Shown: piece by piece, positions 58,501 to 64,000 of the stretch | Layout: the number at the start of each line of letters is the position of its first letter | Numbering within the stretch: the stretch's first letter is position 1 | Assembly: GCA_051294375.1 (NCBI GenBank) | Contig: CM119268.1 | Location: 22,881,427 to 22,945,426, forward strand | DNA length: 64,000 nucleotides | Direction: 5' to 3' | DNA from: Paraspadella gotoi | Lineage: Eukaryota; Animalia; Chaetognatha | Program-made: the position numbers and the translations under genes | The notes under the pieces: generated by a model | The model's input: only the letters and a program-made list of their open reading frames with translations | The model's database searches: none | What the model was told of the DNA's origin: nothing

Positions 58501-61500
58501 GGACGGTTGTGGTGAAAAAGTGTGGTGGACGGTTGTGATGGAAAAAGTGTGGTGGACGGTTGTGGTGGACTTTTTAAAAGATGATTACTGTGTCGAGTCT
58601 CTTGTCCAGACTTTACCGAGTGACCGACCGGACGACTGGATCCACTTCTCATCTTTACGTCGATCCTTTCGCCCGAAAAGACAAAGTCAATGGAATTTGG
58701 TTCCAAAGCGGGAGAGAGAGATGCGATTATACAGGTTCTTTTTTGAAAGAGAGAGACAGAGACAGACCTTTTTAGGTCCTAAAGATGAACTTGTTTATCA
58801 TTGACTAATTGTTAATGACGTTTATGAGATATTTACCAAGGAATTGTATCTTACTCTTAGATATTATTTAAAGCGAAACAAGACTTAATTCCTTGATTTA
58901 ATTTCTATTTTTATTCCAATTCATAAAGTATAATTATATAAATTAACGCGAGAATAATATTATATATATGCTATGTCATTATGCTATGTCATTATCTTGT
59001 AAGAGTGATGGAGGCTTAAACCACAAAGCCTGTCCAAAGTCAGGGGCAAGATAGCTTATTTATTAAATAAATGGATAATTTTTATATTGGTTGTACCAAT
59101 TTCATAAAATTCAGCTCCTTGTATTTTGATGCTAATGCGGAGTACAATAAGTATTCCCCGATCTAATACAAAAAAATTCAACATTTTTCTAATAGAGAAT
59201 TCCGTTCAAATCTGACTACCCAAATTGCAAACGCGTTTGCCAGAAATTCGGTTAAAAAACACTTGTAAAAACACACGATTCCGAGAGCATTACATCTGAA
59301 GAGCTTGTCCTATTCATTTTATGGCATTTGATAAAGGATTTAATATCTAACAAGCCAGGGGAAATGCACTACTCATCTCCGGAGAATTTTCAAACCTCAT
59401 TTTTACTATAGAAATGAAAGGGAAAGTTTACAAACTTAAAATTGCAAACGGGATTGCTATGTTCCTGTTACATGAGCGACTTCGAATTTCGCGATTCTGA
59501 TAGCTTTGTGTCTGAAGAGCTTGTCCTATTTTCTTTTTTCATTTTATAATGATTTTGACATAAAATGATCAGGTTTAAATGAAATAGTCCGGTTTGAATC
59601 GCAAAATTTTTATTTAAAAAGAAATTAAAAGGAAGGTTGAGAAAAAAACTGATTTTTCCTAATATCTTTTGAAGGAATAAAGATAAAGGGATGGTAATAG
59701 TACCAAAATGAAGCCATAATCATAGGGCACATACAAGATACAATTTTAGAATTACTTATGCTGAAACCTCCTTACAGAGTGAGTGTCAAACTAAGTCAAA
59801 ATTATAATGAATTTTAAAACTAATGACACCCCATAAGAATAAATGGAAATTTAATTCTTTTAATGATTCTGAAAAAAAAAAGGCTAAATTGTACTTTAGT
59901 AAAACTTTAAAGTTTTTTGGATAAAGAAAATGTGAATTTTTTGTCACTTAAATATTTGCTTGTCTGATTTTACAAGCATGCTTACAAAATTCTACAAAAT
60001 ATTATTCACCCCATCACAGCCTAAGTATTTATCTTTCTTTTCCACAGCAAAAAGTAAACATTGTTTTATGCTAGAGAACAGGGATGTTTACTGAAATGAG
60101 CCGAAAGACATTCAACTTCTTCACTTTACTGTCATTTTTCAATAATAAATAGGCGAATTTTTTAATTATTTAACTCTCACAGGCTTTACAAGACATTATA
60201 CTTTCATAATATCAATGTTAATGTAATTTATTATATTTTTTACCCAGAAATCATAAAATAACAGAAAGTTGTGGATTCCCTTCGCTCGTTTAAGAAAAAA
60301 AAAATTTTAACTACGGAATTATAAGTTTGTAAGAGGAAGTCAGAATCGGCGAAAATCTTAAAAGGCGAGAATGTTGAAAAAAAGGGGTGGAATTTTGATG
60401 GGTTTCCTAAGATTTCTCCACAATGTGAGTCCGATTAAAGCGAAACTTGAGATTTACAATATTCCCGTCATTCCACATCTATCGATATAAAAATATAAGA
60501 AAAAAGTCACTGGCTTCTTTTTATAGCGGCTTCCTAGGGAGTGGTCTTTTCATACAATTGAAACATTCTTTGAAATATTTTCCACTTCATTGATAGGGAA
60601 GCCAGGTACTCTGGGAGTGAATAAACGGGACTGTGAGAGAGTCATTGAAAGCTTGCAGGGACCTGCTATGGCATTATCTTGTAAGAGTGATGGAGGCCTT
60701 AAACCACAAAAGCCTGTCCAAAGTCAGGGGCAAGATAGCTTATTTATTAAATGAATGGATAATTTTTATATTGGTTGTACCAATTTCATAACTTCAAATC
60801 AACAGAATAAAAAATTTTCGATACGTAATCAAAATACGACAATATGCAAATGAGATTAAAGGACTAAAAATCGTTCATGATCTTATCCTAGGCACGACGC
60901 CCATCGGTTACCTCAACTGCAGTCTGGCGCCAAAATCTCCCGGCGCCGACGTGACCCTCACCTTCGCCGAACTCAATGACCTCTTTTTCGAGATGGGGAT
61001 GGCGTTGAGAGATTTGGTCACGGCCACGCCCTACGGGGAAATATCGGGTCAGTTAATGACGGCGGTATATCTTATAAAAGTTAACATCGATCGGTCGAGC
61101 ATTGAAGAAAGGTAAACTCGTTGATTTGGAGACGAGATAATCTGGTACATCAGTTCCAAAATGTCCCATTATGAAAATCCGATGATGAGATAAATTAAAC
61201 TTAACCTCCTTAGGCTCAAAGAACGTGGAATGGGACGCGGTGGACGTCCCCGGTTTCGTCCTCACCCATTTCCTCACCTCCTACCCTTTCGTCCGCCGCC
61301 TTTCCCGCCACGTCTCCACGGGCGAGCTCCTCCCCTCCGACCTCTTCACCGCCGCCCTCTCCTCTCGCCGCCATTTCTCCGCTTTCGATCTCCAGTGGCA
61401 GGTTCTCCTCTCCGCCTTCGACGTCGAATGCCACGCCTCCACCCGGACGTTTTGGCCCGACCTCTTTCGTCAAATGTTTCCCCTTCACTTTCCTTTCTCC

Positions 61501-61794
61501 GTCGATCGCGCCACCTTCACGCCGCCTTGCTCCTTCTCCGCCGCCTTCGCCGACGAATATCCCGCCGCCTACTATTCGCGCAAATGGGCGGAGATGGTGG
61601 CGGCCGACGCTTGGACCGAGTTCGAGGAGCGAGGATTCGATCCGGACGACGAAGAGACGATGGGCGTGGCGAGGAAGTTCAAGGCCACGTTTTTAGCCTC
61701 GGGGGGCGGGGCGCACTCGACGGAAGTGTTCAGGAGGTTCAAAGGGAACGATCCGTCGACGGACGCGATGTTGAAGAAATACGGGTTGATGTGA
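55600..61794 (+). CDS. Peptidase M3 (oligopeptidase A-like) with mitochondrial-type presequence; zinc motif degenerate
   Basis: GPWKVTL, FMEYCPNR, ANLLGFKNFA, HDVPFW, YFPF, VEWDAV, YYSRKWAEMVAAD, VFRRFKGNDPS. The HExxH position reads FEMGM. Confidence 0.88.
57386..57641 (+). mobile_element. Repeat family A copy
   Basis: Near-identical to 60535-60789. Confidence 0.85.
58493..58570. repeat. ~27-bp tandem repeat x3 (GTGTGGTGGACGGTTGTG..)
   Basis: Seen directly. Confidence 0.8.
60535..60789 (+). mobile_element. Repeat family A, best-preserved copy
   Basis: 5' palindrome TTTCATACAATTGAAA and 3' hairpin ATTGGT-TGT-ACCAAT. About 10 copies or fragments in the window. Confidence 0.85.
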
Positions 61795-62079
61795 CGGGAG
61801 AGATGAGATGATGGGGTAAACAATGCTTAGTGCAATTCTATTCGAGTTCCCTCTCCCCCCCCCCAAATCTCATTAAAGTGATTATTTAAAATTGCGAAAA
61901 ACGTTTCACTGTGATCAAGAGTTCGCTTCGTTTTTATCGGAATTAGCTAAATTCGAGTTCCCAGTTCTTCGCCGTTACGTTGTTCCTGTTTTTTTAAGGG
62001 GAGAGAGAGGTGGTGGATTAAAATGTGAATAGCTGGATGTTAAGTTGACTCCGTCGAGAACGATCTCCGCGACGTCGTC

Positions 62080-62544
62080 ATGGCAACCGACATGTCTCCC
62101 GACGACACATCCCCACTCTCCACCTCCCTCCACGGCCGCTGGACTCTCTCTTCCCGCGACAACGTGGACGCTTTCCTCGCTTGTCGCGGCGTCTCATGGT
62201 TCGTCCGCGCCGCCGTCCTCTCTCTCCGCGCCGACCTCGAATTCTCTCCCGGCGAAGGACCCGACTCGATGCTGAAACGAACCCACTCGGCGCTGGGCCT
62301 GCGTCAGGAGACCCTTCCCTGTCCCGGCGTCTACGAGCCGACCAAGACTCTCTCGGGTCGACCCGAAGTCGGCGCCGTGTTCTTCGAGGACGGAGCGGTG
62401 GTGCAGAGGATGTCGTCGAAAGAGAGCGGGGAGGTGGTGGCGAGGGTGGAGCGGAGGGTGCTCCAAGATCGGCTGCACGTGACTTTCAAGTGTGGGGACA
62501 TCGTCGCCACTGAGGTTTACGAAAGAGTCGGACAAACAGTCTAG
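62080..62544 (+). CDS. Intronless fatty-acid-binding protein (iLBP)-like
   Basis: GRWTLSSRDNVDAFL..GVSWFVR N-terminal signature and C-terminal CGDIVATEVYER. Confidence 0.75.
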   Translation: MATDMSPDDTSPLSTSLHGRWTLSSRDNVDAFLACRGVSWFVRAAVLSLRADLEFSPGEGPDSMLKRTHSALGLRQETLPCPGVYEPTKTLSGRPEVGAVFFEDGAVVQRMSSKESGEVVARVERRVLQDRLHVTFKCGDIVATEVYERVGQTV

Positions 62545-62756
62545 TCTTTTTTTTTGGGGGGGGGGCTTTTTGGAGGTTATACAAATGTTTTTTGGTTCTA
62601 AAAATTATAAAACTTTATTTTTTAGAGACTACTCCACCAGAAATATTATGAATAGACGTGTTTTTTAGAATAATCCTGTGGATTTCACTCTCTCTCTCTC
62701 TCTCGATTAAATGAAGCACGCAGCTGACAAGGCTTCGAAGCTATGAATTGAGAAAG

Positions 62757-64000
62757 ATGGATTGGTACAGAGTTTCACGTTTAAAGCGATCCACGTTCCG
62801 AAATTTGGAAAGAGTGACCTTTCGCCGATTATTCTCCCTCGCTCTTCTCTTCCTCATCTTCTTCCTCCTCTGGCGCCGACTTTTTCCAGAGCGGCGCCCT
62901 CTCCTTCGCTTGGACGCGGCGTCGCGGCGTCTTTCACTTGCGCGCCTCAACGCCTTTTCGCGCCGCGACGTCTCCGGCGCTTACGTCATCGTCGACGATC
63001 TGACGACGGCGCTGCCCTCTATTTTCAAAAACGACGACGACGACGCTAACAACCTCCGAAAAAGCAACGTACCTTACCTCCTCACTCTGGCGACCCAGAC
63101 TTCCGTCTCTAATCTGCGACGCGCGTTGACGCTCTCTCGTCGATGGACCGGCGCCGTCTCCGTTGCCGTTTTCGCCGCCGACGCCAACGACGTGGCGTCG
63201 TCGGTCGGCGTCGTTCGTATCTTGACTCAATGCGGCGTCGGAATCGAGCGTCGATTCAAATTTCATTTGGTTTTCGCCGGTTCGGAATTTCCGGACGAGG
63301 AGTGGGAAGTTCCGGAAATTCCGGAAGAGACGAATTGCGACGGGGCGGATGCGTTTTTGAAGCGGGTTTTTTGGAAGAGGAAAAACTACGCGGAGAATGG
63401 TGAGTCGCAAAAATCCTGAGATCCTGAGAATCCCGAGGGAAGGAAATAATTTATTTATTAATACAATATTTATTTATTTATTAAATAAGCTATCTTGCCA
63501 CTGACTATATAGTGGGTTTATTAACATTCAGATAAACTAAATCTGAAGGGTGGATTTTTTTTTCTATCTCAATGATCTTTTGTTTCGATCGTTAAGTAAT
63601 AAATGCTTGGTGATATAATTTCAAGTCATTAGTTAAATGTTAGAGCCTTAAATACTCCTTCTCTCCAGCCCCATCCCAGTCTCCATCAAACCCTTACCCC
63701 ATCCCTTACCCCGTCAACCTTCTTCGCAACGTCGCTCTCTCCAACGTCGCCTCTCCCTTTGTCTGCGTCATCGACGTCGATCTTCTTCCTTCTCTCGATC
63801 TCGAGCGAAGATTCGAGGAGCTCATCGCGCCGGGCGAGCGGGCGCGGTCCGCGCGAGTCGGCGCCGCTCTAGAGTGGCGCCGATATCCGCCGTCGCCGGA
63901 GAATCTCGTCTACGTCCTGCCCGCCTACGAGATGGACGAGGGGGAGGAAGTGCCGGAGACGAAGAGGGCGCTGATGTCGATGAGGAAGGAGCGAAGAGTG
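62757..64000 (+). CDS. B4GAT1: GT49 glycosyltransferase (B4GAT1/LARGE glucuronyltransferase-like), type II membrane protein; truncated by the window end
   Basis: N-terminal TM, LTLATQTS, RWTGAVSVAVF, YPVNLLRNVA, DVD motif, VYVLPAYE. Exons 62757-63399 and 63669->end. Confidence 0.8.

Noticed and set aside
59290-59535. Repeated CTGAAGAGCTTGTCCTATT (hammerhead-like start)
   Set aside because: No stem II-GAAA follows. It looks like a degenerate ~215-bp duplication in a repeat-rich intron.

Overview
Gene-dense, intron-rich metazoan genomic DNA with GC-rich exons and AT-rich introns. Protein motifs look protostome/arthropod-like (inference). I can model 17 protein-coding genes, all on the + strand: a matrin-type ZnF protein, OGT, condensin NCAPG, a GCKIII kinase, an intronless 3xRRM protein, theta-class GST, a Q-rich C2H2 protein, type II NADH dehydrogenase (NDH-2), a RING-H2 ligase, CBF-beta, YY1, PIH1D1, an SRSF3/Rbp1-like SR protein, a Ly6/three-finger GPI protein, a catalytically degenerate M3 oligopeptidase, an FABP-like protein and a partial GT49/B4GAT1. 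The most notable feature is a family of small non-coding LTR retroelements whose LTRs each contain a type-P5 twister ribozyme fold. There is one complete LTR-internal-LTR element (39430-40150; 4-bp TSD, PBS-like site) and two solo LTRs in YY1 introns. All four ribozymes are antisense to the host gene and show compensatory base changes, suggesting an animal 'twister retrozyme'. All gene models and RNA folds were made by eye and need computational and experimental confirmation.
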